From contig DAIDJN010000056.1 of NCBI GenBank assembly GCA_027451365.1, positions 32,001 through 96,000 of the forward strand: a stretch of 64,000 bases of DNA, in the 5' to 3' direction. Under the pieces are notes generated by a model, which was not told the origin of the DNA, did not search any database, and saw only the letters and a program-made list of their open reading frames with translations. Both the position numbers and the translations under genes were made by a program. Shown in pieces: positions 41,154-50,285 of this stretch (positions within the stretch are counted from its first letter, which is position 1; the number at the start of each line of letters is the position of its first letter). Origin of the DNA: Phycisphaerales bacterium (lineage in GTDB: Bacteria; Planctomycetota; Phycisphaerae; WQYP01).

Positions 41154-41406
41154 TCAGTCGATGCAGCTTGAATCGCCTGTAAAGGATGGCGGTCCGCGCA
41201 AAAATAGAACCGTAGCCGCCGGTTTGAATGATGACCGCATCGGATGTCGATAAACCTGGCCAGCCACCATTTTTTTCCAGTTGCAACACAACATAGACTT
41301 GACTTGTGTGTTGTGTATTATAGTGTCCGCCCGGCCACCATATGCGGACTCAGGCCGGCCGGTCGATTTTGCATTAAAACGTCCGCATTTCAGATGGAGT
41401 CCAATC

Positions 41407-41583
41407 ATGTGGTGGATACTTGGTCTGTTGTATCTGGTTATCAGCATTGTCATGATTCTGGAAATTGTGAAAGCTGAAGTGCCGAATTCCACTAAGATAA
41501 TCTGGATTGTTGTGATACTGGTGCTTCCGTATGTGGGCATCCTTGCCTATTACTTCATTGGCCGGCCCAAAATGATGGGCTGA
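41407..41583 (+). CDS. Small membrane protein, PLDc N-terminal-like
   Basis: KIIWIVVILVLPYVGILAYYFIG signature; GGAG RBS. Confidence 0.8.
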   Translation: MWWILGLLYLVISIVMILEIVKAEVPNSTKIIWIVVILVLPYVGILAYYFIGRPKMMG

Positions 41584-41738
41584 ATGCGGATATCGCGGCT
41601 GTTCTGACCGCATAAAAAGAGATTTTCGGTGTCGCTGAATATCGGGTGCCATCATGCGAAAGGCCGCGGTTGCAATAAAACGGTGGCGGTGCGTCCGCAG
41701 CAATTCCGTGTGATTCTTTGCGGAAAGGAATTCAGCTC

Positions 41739-43325
41739 ATGCCTGTCGCCATTTCGGAAGCAACCAGGGTATTTATTTCAGACCTGCAACGTCGCGCTGG
41801 CCGAAGCCGAAACGATGTGTCTGACAGTTGTCGACGGCGGAAATTTTGGCAGCCGCGCAGCTTGCCATCGGGCGGAATCATTCTTGCAGTATTGCTGCTG
41901 GGTGTCGGCCTGGTGAATTTTCCTCTGGCGGCCAAAACCACGGCGAACCAGGGGTTTAATGTCACGCTGACCGCAACCGGTACCAAGCCCGTGCCATCAT
42001 CGGCCGCTCTGCAGGATGCGACGCAAATTCTGACCACAAAATTTCATGCCAAATACAAAAAGTTGACCCCGAATAATTCCGAATTATTCGCCACTTCGCT
42101 GGTGGACAAATTTTCAACCGATTCCACACGCCCCGTATTGCAATATGCGGCATTGGACTTGGCCGTCAAACTGGCCGGAAATGCCGGTGACCCGCGACTG
42201 GGGCTTTCGGCAGTCCAGGCGATACTCAATGAGTACAAAGCCAATCCGTACCAACTGGCCGCGGAATTATTTACCGCGCTGGCCGATTCTCCTACGCAGG
42301 TCCATCCGCGCCGCAGCTTCGCCATTCTGCGAAAACTGGAAAGCAGAGCGATGGCCAAAAATGATTTCGCCAGCACCCTGGCTCTGGCAAAAGCAGGCAT
42401 AAAACTTCGCCGGCAAAACAATTGGATTAAGCTTGGTCGAAATCAGAAGCACATATTGGAACGCGGCGAACTTGGTCTTAAGGCATGGATATTTTACAAA
42501 CCGGTTGCCGCATATTTGAAGGCGAACCCAGATGATGCGGGGGCCAATCTGGGAGCAGCCGCCTTTGCCGCCGCCGTGCATCATGACTGGTCCGCCGCGT
42601 CCGCTGATCTAACCGCGGCCAAAATCAGCCAGCCCGATCAAATGGCCACCATGGCCCAGGATCATTCCGTTTCCGGTCATCTGAAACTCGCCAACGCGTG
42701 GTGGAAACTTTCGGCCAAGGGCGGTCGGAAAGGGGCCGCTCTGATCAAGCTTGCCGCTGGCGAACAATATGCGGCGGCCATACAAACTTTGCCCAAAGCT
42801 ATGCCTTCATTGCTTTCCAGCCTTACGCGGCGTCAGCTTAGCAGATTGTTCAGACGGATCCGCACCGCCGCAAGTCGGACCGACAGTCTGCCCGCGCGTC
42901 GGCTGGCCATCCTGTTTACCAGTGGTCTGCGGCCAGCCCAAATGCTTTACCGTCAATATAAAGCCGCACATAAGGCGCTGGAGGATGGGCGTAAATCCGC
43001 CCGACGGGAATTTGCGGTCGGGGCCTACACCTGCTTTATTAAAGCGGATTGGAACGATGGACTGACGCATCTGGCCGCATCTGAAAACGGGTTTGTCGCG
43101 CGCGTGGCCACGGCCGATGCCGCCAATCCGACCAAAGCCAGACAGCTCATGGCACTCGGAAAGGCTTGGCTGCGTATCGCCCGTGAATATCCAGGTTTCA
43201 TGCGCTACAACATTGAACGCCACGCCCTGGGCTGCTTTCTGGCGGCACCAAGGCAAGACATCAGCGCCGATCAGCGGTCTGCGATCAACGCACTCCAGAG
43301 CCGTTTTGATAAGGGACTTTTTTAA
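41739..43325 (+). CDS. Membrane-anchored all-helical hypothetical protein with internal duplication
   Basis: TM segment near the N-terminus; two related blocks (ANLGAAAF...HDWSAASADL and EFAVGAYTCFIKADWNDGLTHL). Confidence 0.65.
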   Translation: MPVAISEATRVFISDLQRRAGRSRNDVSDSCRRRKFWQPRSLPSGGIILAVLLLGVGLVNFPLAAKTTANQGFNVTLTATGTKPVPSSAALQDATQILTTKFHAKYKKLTPNNSELFATSLVDKFSTDSTRPVLQYAALDLAVKLAGNAGDPRLGLSAVQAILNEYKANPYQLAAELFTALADSPTQVHPRRSFAILRKLESRAMAKNDFASTLALAKAGIKLRRQNNWIKLGRNQKHILERGELGLKAWIFYKPVAAYLKANPDDAGANLGAAAFAAAVHHDWSAASADLTAAKISQPDQMATMAQDHSVSGHLKLANAWWKLSAKGGRKGAALIKLAAGEQYAAAIQTLPKAMPSLLSSLTRRQLSRLFRRIRTAASRTDSLPARRLAILFTSGLRPAQMLYRQYKAAHKALEDGRKSARREFAVGAYTCFIKADWNDGLTHLAASENGFVARVATADAANPTKARQLMALGKAWLRIAREYPGFMRYNIERHALGCFLAAPRQDISADQRSAINALQSRFDKGLF

Positions 43326-43404
43326 AATCACCGGATTCATTCCGGCCGTCAAATTCCGATGGCCGCGCGATGCCTTTTGTGACCGTAATAAAAATAGCGG
43401 TTTT

Positions 43405-45270
43405 CTATTTCGTCGGATTCGGCGGTCGTTTGTGACTATTGACAAACGCCGCTAAATCCCAGGCTTGTTGACCGGTCAGTGTTCCACCTTTGCCCAGCGG
43501 CATGTTGGCCCGGATAAATTCCGCTGCCAGTTTCAGTTTGTGCATTCCCGCACCGCTGTTAAAGGAATGTGGCCCCCATAGCGGGGGGAATTGATAGTTT
43601 CCATTGATTAAAAGTCCCTGGCCATGATCGCCGTGGCACATCATGCAATCCACTGTGAAAAGCCGCTTGCCGCGTACCACACTGGGTGTGAATGCCGGTT
43701 TGGCCAAAGGCCGGTACCCGCGACCGGGCAGGTTAGCCCCGGTCGGCGCGCCGCGCGCCAGCCAAGATGCGTACGTCATCAGCGCAGTCATGGTTTTGCC
43801 ATTGGCCGGTGGCGCTTTGCCGTTCTCACTGTATATAAAACATTCCTGGATGCGTTTTTCCAGTGTGACAACCTGTTTTGCCTTGGCTTGGTAACGCGGA
43901 TATGCCGCAAATGCCGCCCATAGCGGCGCGGAATAAGCCATGCGTCCACTTTGCAGATGGCAGTTGATGCAACTTAATCCATCGCCAATATATCCGCTTG
44001 CATATTGCGGTGTGTGATCGAAAATGTTTTTTCCCAGCAGCGCCATTTTTCCGTAGGCGTTGGCGGGAATTTCCGCATTGGGCGGCGGCGTGAATGAAAT
44101 AACAGAGCCGTGGTTGCTTTTTAATACTCCCCAGGGAGCGCCCGGCCCGGCTGCGGATGTGGCGCTTGGGGGTGGGCCGCTACCCGTCGCTGAAGAAACC
44201 TGGGCCGATACGCCGGCAACGCCCAGCGACCGTCTTCCGGATTTGACCGGCTTAAACCCGTATTTTTCAAAAATAGCCAGAGCCGCGGGTGACTTAAGAA
44301 ATGCCAGCCATTGCCGCGCCGCCGCGACATGTGCGGCGCCCTTTACCACGGCACCCGCATAAATCGCGGTCGTGTTGTATTTTTCGGGAATGGAAATATT
44401 GGAAATGGGATGGCCGATCCGCTCCTGAAAAATTGCTTCCGACTTCCACGTTATGCCGGCGACCGCGAGGCCCTGCATCAGAAAAAGCGGAGTTTGCCGG
44501 TGGTGAATGTGGGTTAACAGGGTCTGGCCATCGGCTACTTTTGTCTGATAAACCATTTTCGCCAGAGCATCGCCTCCCGCTTTTTTCAGTGACAGTTTAA
44601 TCTGTCGCGCCACGCCTTCCCACGCCGGATTGGGCATTACCACTCGCACACCCGGCCGCCCCAGATCTCGCAGGTTTTGAATGTGGCCGGGATTTCCCCG
44701 CGGAACCATGATGGTGAGATTGTTCGTCGCATAGCTGATCACCGGGCCGGTCAGCACACCCTTTTTAACCAGAGCCGCCACTTTTAATTTGCCTGCGGCG
44801 TACACATCCGGCTTGACGGTCCATGTCATGTTGCCCACAGTAATTGTGCCGCCGGCTTTCATTTGTTCAATGAGAATGCCCGGAGGAAGCGTTTCATAAA
44901 ATAATTTTCCTCTGATCTGCGGATAAAGTTTCTCAAATGCCTGAGCCAGAGGAGCCATCGCGAAGTAATAATTCCCGCCCACAAAAATAACCAGACGGGC
45001 ATGAAACGGATCCCCGTGAAAATCCGGCAGATCATCCACCTCAGGTACCGTGAATTTAAGTCCCTTATGGATGGCCGGATCGTTGGCCTGGCCGCTCCAG
45101 GGTGGAAAAACGCCTTCCTTATAGTGCGGCGGTTCAACCGCGCCATTCCAGCTCACCGTGGCCGGTCGCGCAGCCAACAGCAGGCCACCGGCCAGCACAG
45201 TGGCCGGCAACGCCGCCAGTACAGAAATTTTCATAGCTGAAAGCCGGCTTTTAAATGTAGATAGTGTCAT
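43405..45270 (-). CDS. ModA-like substrate-binding protein fused to a TsdA-type diheme cytochrome c (thiosulfate dehydrogenase-like)
   Basis: SBP part (GNPGHIQNLRDL, PNPAWEGV, IFEKYGF), Ser/Pro/Gly/Ala linker, then CINCH, RIQECFIYSENG, GRGY, CMMCH, FPPLWG..SFNSGAGM, NMP. Confidence 0.85.
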   Translation of the reverse strand: MTLSTFKSRLSAMKISVLAALPATVLAGGLLLAARPATVSWNGAVEPPHYKEGVFPPWSGQANDPAIHKGLKFTVPEVDDLPDFHGDPFHARLVIFVGGNYYFAMAPLAQAFEKLYPQIRGKLFYETLPPGILIEQMKAGGTITVGNMTWTVKPDVYAAGKLKVAALVKKGVLTGPVISYATNNLTIMVPRGNPGHIQNLRDLGRPGVRVVMPNPAWEGVARQIKLSLKKAGGDALAKMVYQTKVADGQTLLTHIHHRQTPLFLMQGLAVAGITWKSEAIFQERIGHPISNISIPEKYNTTAIYAGAVVKGAAHVAAARQWLAFLKSPAALAIFEKYGFKPVKSGRRSLGVAGVSAQVSSATGSGPPPSATSAAGPGAPWGVLKSNHGSVISFTPPPNAEIPANAYGKMALLGKNIFDHTPQYASGYIGDGLSCINCHLQSGRMAYSAPLWAAFAAYPRYQAKAKQVVTLEKRIQECFIYSENGKAPPANGKTMTALMTYASWLARGAPTGANLPGRGYRPLAKPAFTPSVVRGKRLFTVDCMMCHGDHGQGLLINGNYQFPPLWGPHSFNSGAGMHKLKLAAEFIRANMPLGKGGTLTGQQAWDLAAFVNSHKRPPNPTK

Positions 45271-45330
45271 AGTTTATCCTTTATAGCGGGGCACCCCGTT
45301 GGCTAACCGGGAGGCCGGCAGGGTCGCCTT

Positions 45331-46188
45331 TTATTTGGCATACGAATAACCAGCCATGGTCAGCAACGGTAACGTCGCGACAATGCCCGGCGTCAGCACC
45401 ACGCCTGGTATCAGATGGTTGGTCAGATCTGCGGCCAGTTCCTCATGGGTTAAATGATCTGGGTTATGTCCTTTGGCCAGTAAGCCGCCGGAAAATTCCC
45501 AGATCGCATTATGGCAACCAAGAAATACCGCGCCCCGATCCATCAGCAATGGCAGGCAATTGGCGGATGGAGAGAACAGCCCCAGCGGGTCGTTGTAATC
45601 CGCGGCACTGGCGTTCCTGACTTTGGCCGGTATGTCCAGAAACGTGTTGCGTTTGAATTTGTGGCCAAGCACCGCGGGTAAATTGTATTTTTCCCAGACA
45701 TACGCATCGTACAATGCCAGATGGCATGTGCCATGGGTGGCGGAAATCGCAATAAAGTCCGCATTCCTGAACGACCAGACCTGGGCATTGATAGAGTTGC
45801 GCATCAGATTCAGCCAGGGGCTGCCGATGTCTGTATTGTCCCAGACCTGTTTGGGACTACCGCGATAGTGCAACAGCAAGTCCAGCGCCGCGCTGTCCCA
45901 TTGGTCCGGGTGGGTAAGAATCATGGGCACTTTTTTAAACTTTCTGTGACGCCGGGTTGCCGCCAGCGCAGCGGTAAGGGCTGCGAGCTTTGTCGCCCCC
46001 GTAGGTTCCAGATCTTTTCCCGCCGGAACAGCGGCAGCCGTTTGTGCATTGGCCCGCCCGATCCCGGAAAGCAGCGCCGCTCCGGCGACGGATCCGGTGG
46101 CCAGCCACGCGAGCATCTGGCGGCGTGGAATGGTATTTTCGTCCGTGAATGATGACGCGCCTGCGATCTGGTTCGATTTTTCTGACAT
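45331..46188 (-). CDS. Tat-exported protein resembling the Acidithiobacillus-type thiosulfate dehydrogenase (DsrE-like)
   Basis: Twin-arginine PRRQML signal; WLNLMRNSINAQ, ATHG, GAVFLGCHNA, PGIVA; AAGGAG RBS. Family recalled from memory, not searched. Confidence 0.6.
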   Translation of the reverse strand: MSEKSNQIAGASSFTDENTIPRRQMLAWLATGSVAGAALLSGIGRANAQTAAAVPAGKDLEPTGATKLAALTAALAATRRHRKFKKVPMILTHPDQWDSAALDLLLHYRGSPKQVWDNTDIGSPWLNLMRNSINAQVWSFRNADFIAISATHGTCHLALYDAYVWEKYNLPAVLGHKFKRNTFLDIPAKVRNASAADYNDPLGLFSPSANCLPLLMDRGAVFLGCHNAIWEFSGGLLAKGHNPDHLTHEELAADLTNHLIPGVVLTPGIVATLPLLTMAGYSYAK

Positions 46189-46378
46189 ACAGCACTCCTT
46201 ATGAAAAAGAAACTGGAAGTTAACCTGGGCCGGTTGCCCGCCATTGTTCATATCCTAGGCCGCCAACTAGTATATTGCCAATATATAATTACGATGTCAT
46301 ATATAAGTAATACTTATTACTCATGCCGGGGGGCGGTGGCCGGGCCGGCGAGGCAATTCGATCCGCCGGACCTGTTGG

Positions 46379-47200
46379 CTATTTTTTGGATCCAAGAAAC
46401 TGCTCTTCTTTAGTCTTCTCTATCCTGCGATGTTCATGATGATGAATGTGCTCTTTGCAATAGCCCAGTGAACCGGTGCAGTCCGGACAATAGCGGAAAT
46501 CCATGTGTGGGTCTGTGCGGTCCGTTATTCCGCAAACCGTGCACCGATGGAATGCGCCGTCTCGAAGCGGAGCCGCGGCTTTAGCCGCGAGTCTTTTGTG
46601 GCCATAGCGCACATGCCGGATAATCTCCGGATAAAAAAAGAGCAGAAAATTAAGGATCGAGGCCAATATCATGGCCCGAATCATCCAATCTCCGGTGATC
46701 AGGGTCATGCAGTAATACGCCCAAATCACCCACGCGATATATTTCACACGAATGGGCAGAACCATGAACAGATAGACTTGAAATTCCGGATATAGCCATG
46801 CAAATGCCAGAAATACCGATGCCATGAGAAATATATTTGTGGCGATGCTGTACGGCACAATAAAGGCCGCTGCCACCGTGGCGACGTACCCTATCAGAAG
46901 AAATAAATTATACCGCAGGTCTCCCCACTGTCTTTCCAGCGCTGAACCCAGCAGATAGAAAAAATAGAGATCGAAAAACAGCCAGATGGGACTGAACGTC
47001 GGCGGAAGAAGCATAAACGTAACTAATCGCCACCATTGGCCGGCCAGAATCTGGGATGGTATCAGAAACAGTCCCTCCACGATTTGTGGACGCGAAAGGT
47101 GCAGCACAAACATCAGGGTCTGTCCGCAAATCAGCAGAAGAGTCAAATGCCTGACCGCATATCGGTTCACCGACCGCTCGATTTTTTGTTTCCATCCCAT
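46379..47200 (-). CDS. Rhomboid-like membrane protein with C-terminal Cys/His zinc-binding tail
   Basis: GQWWRLVTF, LERQWG; HRCTVCG...YCPDC...YCKEH. Confidence 0.8.
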   Translation of the reverse strand: MGWKQKIERSVNRYAVRHLTLLLICGQTLMFVLHLSRPQIVEGLFLIPSQILAGQWWRLVTFMLLPPTFSPIWLFFDLYFFYLLGSALERQWGDLRYNLFLLIGYVATVAAAFIVPYSIATNIFLMASVFLAFAWLYPEFQVYLFMVLPIRVKYIAWVIWAYYCMTLITGDWMIRAMILASILNFLLFFYPEIIRHVRYGHKRLAAKAAAPLRDGAFHRCTVCGITDRTDPHMDFRYCPDCTGSLGYCKEHIHHHEHRRIEKTKEEQFLGSKK

Positions 47201-47325
47201 GGGCGCAACTCTCTTGGCCGTGGCGGCCTTGAATGCAAAACAATGACCTGCACCTTCCGGTTAAGCAAGGGTATCTTAATAGGAATACAGCGATTCGTCG
47301 CCACCCTGGCATTTGCCGGCAACAA

Positions 47326-49833
47326 CTACCGTTCCAGCAGCGAACTGATCGCCTTAAGCGCCCGCTCCAGCAGTTCTGGATTCGGCACCGGTATTTTCAT
47401 GTAGGGTTCACCCGTGCGTTCATCGCGGTGAATCAGCGACGGTATCACAATCGATCCGGTTCTCTGTGCAGTCGGTCGGTCGGATTCCGTCGGCGGCCGC
47501 CCCGTTTGTGCCGCTATTTGTTCCAGCAGGCCCAATCCAACCTGCAGCAACCCGGCCCATGGATTGGCACCGGTGGTATTTGTGGCTTTGGAATCGGCGA
47601 AGGTGTCGCCGGAGATGATTTGCGACGGGGCGGTGCCGTCGACACTTTCGGAAGCCGCCACACCGCCAGGAATCACTGGCTGTGAATGATGCGCATCTTC
47701 ACTGTCCGTGCCAGCGGCGGCGGGCGCTTCGGCACTATCGGCCGGACTGTCCGGAATCGCGCTGGTGGCCCGTTCCACGGTTTCAATAAATTTCTTTAAT
47801 CGCGATCCGCCGAGCATGACGGTGGATTCTCCGTTGTCCAGCGCTCCCGAAAACAGCGATTTTTTGAATTTCAGCAACGAAAGCATGCCTTCTTCAATCG
47901 TGTCCTTGGCCACAAAATTGATCACCTGCACCGGCTTGCGCTGGCCAAGCCGATGCACGCGGCCAATGCGCTGCTCAAGCACCGCCGGGTTCCACGGCAG
48001 GTCCACATTCACCACCACAGAGGCTGAATGCTGCAGATTTAATCCGACGCCCCCAGCGTCTGTGGCCAGAAAGGCCCGACATTTCTTCTCCTCACGGAAT
48101 CGGTCCACCAGAGCGCCGCGCTGGTTTCCCGGCACCCCACCATGAAAAAGAACATGGTCCCATGCCCGGTCCCTAATGCGCCGCACAAGCAATTCGTGCA
48201 TTCGAAGCCACTGACTGAAGATAACGACTTTTTCGTCCGGTTGTTCAAATAATTCATCTATCAGCGTGGTCAGCTCATCGGCCTTATATCCAAAGTCACT
48301 TTCATGGTCCAGCAGATATGTGCTGTCGCAGCTCATACGCATATTTTGCAGAGCGATCAGCAGTCGCTGGCGGTCGACCTCCGAAATATAGCGTGTTTGC
48401 CGCCATTTCAGCACTATGCGGGCCACAGTCTGCCGATTTTCCTCATGATGATTGGCCTGTTGGGGTGTCATCGGCACAAAAAAAGTTTTATCAATCCTTT
48501 CTGGTAGATCTTTGAGAACGGCGGCTTTCTTGCGCCGAATAAGAATCGGCTCAAGCGTGCGCCCAATCGTGTCAAGGTCCTTATAGCCAATCACCCGACC
48601 GGTTTCCGGGTCGTGGAGCTGATGCTTCCGCAGAAATTGAAAAGTCGGACCGAATCGATGCCGATCCACAAACTGCACCACTGAAACAAGTTCCTCGAGC
48701 CTGTTTTCCAGCGGGGTGCCGGTCAGAACAATGGCATAAGGCGATTGAATTCGCTTGACACAGCGGGCCGCAATGGTGTTCCAGTTTTTAATCCGTTGTG
48801 CCTCATCCAGAATGACCATGTCCGGCGACCATCGCTCAATAATGTCCACGTCCCGACGAATCGTGTCATAGTTCGTGATCTTGTAAAAAGTGTCCGTTTC
48901 AAAGCATTTTTCCCGACGGGCTCGCAGGCCGCCGATAACTCCGGCCGATCGCTGGCAGAATTTTTCGATTTCACGTGCCCACTGGTGTTTTAAGGAGGTC
49001 GGGCAAATAATCAGCACGCGCCGTACGCCAAAATGCCGCGCCATCATTTCCGCCGCAGCAATGGCCTGAATGGTTTTGCCCAGTCCCATTTCATCGCCAA
49101 TTAAACAGCGGCCGGCCCGCGCTGCAAACAGGGCACCCTCCTTTTGATATGGATACAGCGGCACGCGCAGCAGTTGGTTCATAGCCGGGCTGTCCGCTCC
49201 CTGTTTATACAGATTGCCAAGCACACGATCGCGCAACGCCGCATCGCGCTTTTGCGCCAGGAAATCCATGGCGTCCGGATAGCATCGCAGGTCATGCTCC
49301 GCTTGGGCCGCGGCGGCAAGCAGTTTTTCCAGATCTTCCGCGGTCCCGGGCAGCATGGCACCGGCGGCATCAAAATAATCGGCTGCGACCTGCCGAAGTT
49401 TTTCCGGACATTCCGTCCCGGCGCGAAAGCGCACTTCACGTTGCGCGCCGTAGCGAAGGTATATAGAACTGTAAGGCCGCGCAAAGCCCCGTTTAAGTGC
49501 GGCTTCGCCGCCGGGCTGCTTCCGAAGAGTCTGCAATGTGAATTCAATGTGCTTGCAGGTGCCCAACGTGTTGGTGATGAAGTCCGGGCATGAACAGAAA
49601 TTGTCGCCGAGTTGTTCCCCGCGAATGGCTACCCGATAGGTTCCATTGGTGGTGGGATTCGTCACCTGAAAATCGGAAAAGACTTTCTGACTGCCTGTAT
49701 TCCGCAGCCCGAAAATCTGTTCCTGCCCGTATTGGCGGCGCAAGGCGATCTGCCATTCTTCCAGGCCCATTTTCGCCGGTTGAACCAGGTGGGAAACCTT
49801 CGCCGGTTTGGTTTTGGCCGATTTGATCGTCAT
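47326..49833 (-). CDS. SWIM zinc-finger SNF2-family helicase
   Basis: CSCPDF...CKH, DEMGLGKT, DEAQ, LTGTPLEN, GGVGLNLQ, QRIGRVHR. Confidence 0.93.
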   Translation of the reverse strand: MTIKSAKTKPAKVSHLVQPAKMGLEEWQIALRRQYGQEQIFGLRNTGSQKVFSDFQVTNPTTNGTYRVAIRGEQLGDNFCSCPDFITNTLGTCKHIEFTLQTLRKQPGGEAALKRGFARPYSSIYLRYGAQREVRFRAGTECPEKLRQVAADYFDAAGAMLPGTAEDLEKLLAAAAQAEHDLRCYPDAMDFLAQKRDAALRDRVLGNLYKQGADSPAMNQLLRVPLYPYQKEGALFAARAGRCLIGDEMGLGKTIQAIAAAEMMARHFGVRRVLIICPTSLKHQWAREIEKFCQRSAGVIGGLRARREKCFETDTFYKITNYDTIRRDVDIIERWSPDMVILDEAQRIKNWNTIAARCVKRIQSPYAIVLTGTPLENRLEELVSVVQFVDRHRFGPTFQFLRKHQLHDPETGRVIGYKDLDTIGRTLEPILIRRKKAAVLKDLPERIDKTFFVPMTPQQANHHEENRQTVARIVLKWRQTRYISEVDRQRLLIALQNMRMSCDSTYLLDHESDFGYKADELTTLIDELFEQPDEKVVIFSQWLRMHELLVRRIRDRAWDHVLFHGGVPGNQRGALVDRFREEKKCRAFLATDAGGVGLNLQHSASVVVNVDLPWNPAVLEQRIGRVHRLGQRKPVQVINFVAKDTIEEGMLSLLKFKKSLFSGALDNGESTVMLGGSRLKKFIETVERATSAIPDSPADSAEAPAAAGTDSEDAHHSQPVIPGGVAASESVDGTAPSQIISGDTFADSKATNTTGANPWAGLLQVGLGLLEQIAAQTGRPPTESDRPTAQRTGSIVIPSLIHRDERTGEPYMKIPVPNPELLERALKAISSLLER

Positions 49834-50213
49834 CGCATCGCTCCTTGTGAAAGGGCTTCGCACAGCCCTCTACCCGCAATTCCCGCATACGGTCATATCC
49901 GTGGGCTCTGTGTCCATATTGAATGGTGGCAAGAATGCGCTAAAACGTCAACTGGCAGACGGGAAACCCGAAAAAAATGTGGCTGTTTCCGTCGGTAAAC
50001 TGAAAATAAAAAATCCGCGGATCGTCGCCCGATGGGGAAACTCATCGCTCATCGGCATCCCGGGCCGCTTTTTCCCCTTTCAGTCATCATTGACGGGCAG
50101 AAAGCAGGCCGGGACGCAAATCGTCGGCCGCCGCCAGAGAACGTGAAAGGTTATGCTTAAACGCAGGCTTGACGGAATACCGCAAATTGGAATCGCATTA
50201 AAAATGATAAATC

Positions 50214-50253
50214 AAAAAGCGGGGAGCCAACGCAAGCAGCGTAAGTCCCCGCT
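50214..50253 (-). terminator. Rho-independent terminator of the 50286-51680 gene
   Basis: Stem AGCGGGGA/TCCCCGCT followed on the minus strand by a T-run. Confidence 0.6.
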
Positions 50254-50285
50254 CCGCTTGGATTCTAGAGTCTATCAGTCGCCAA

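Noticed and set aside
46379..47200. Active rhomboid protease
   Set aside because: No clear GxSG serine or catalytic His; kept only as rhomboid-like.
50090..50150. c-di-GMP-I riboswitch suggested by GGGACGCAAA
   Set aside because: The upstream GGCAAAC element and paired stems are missing and there is no downstream gene on that strand.
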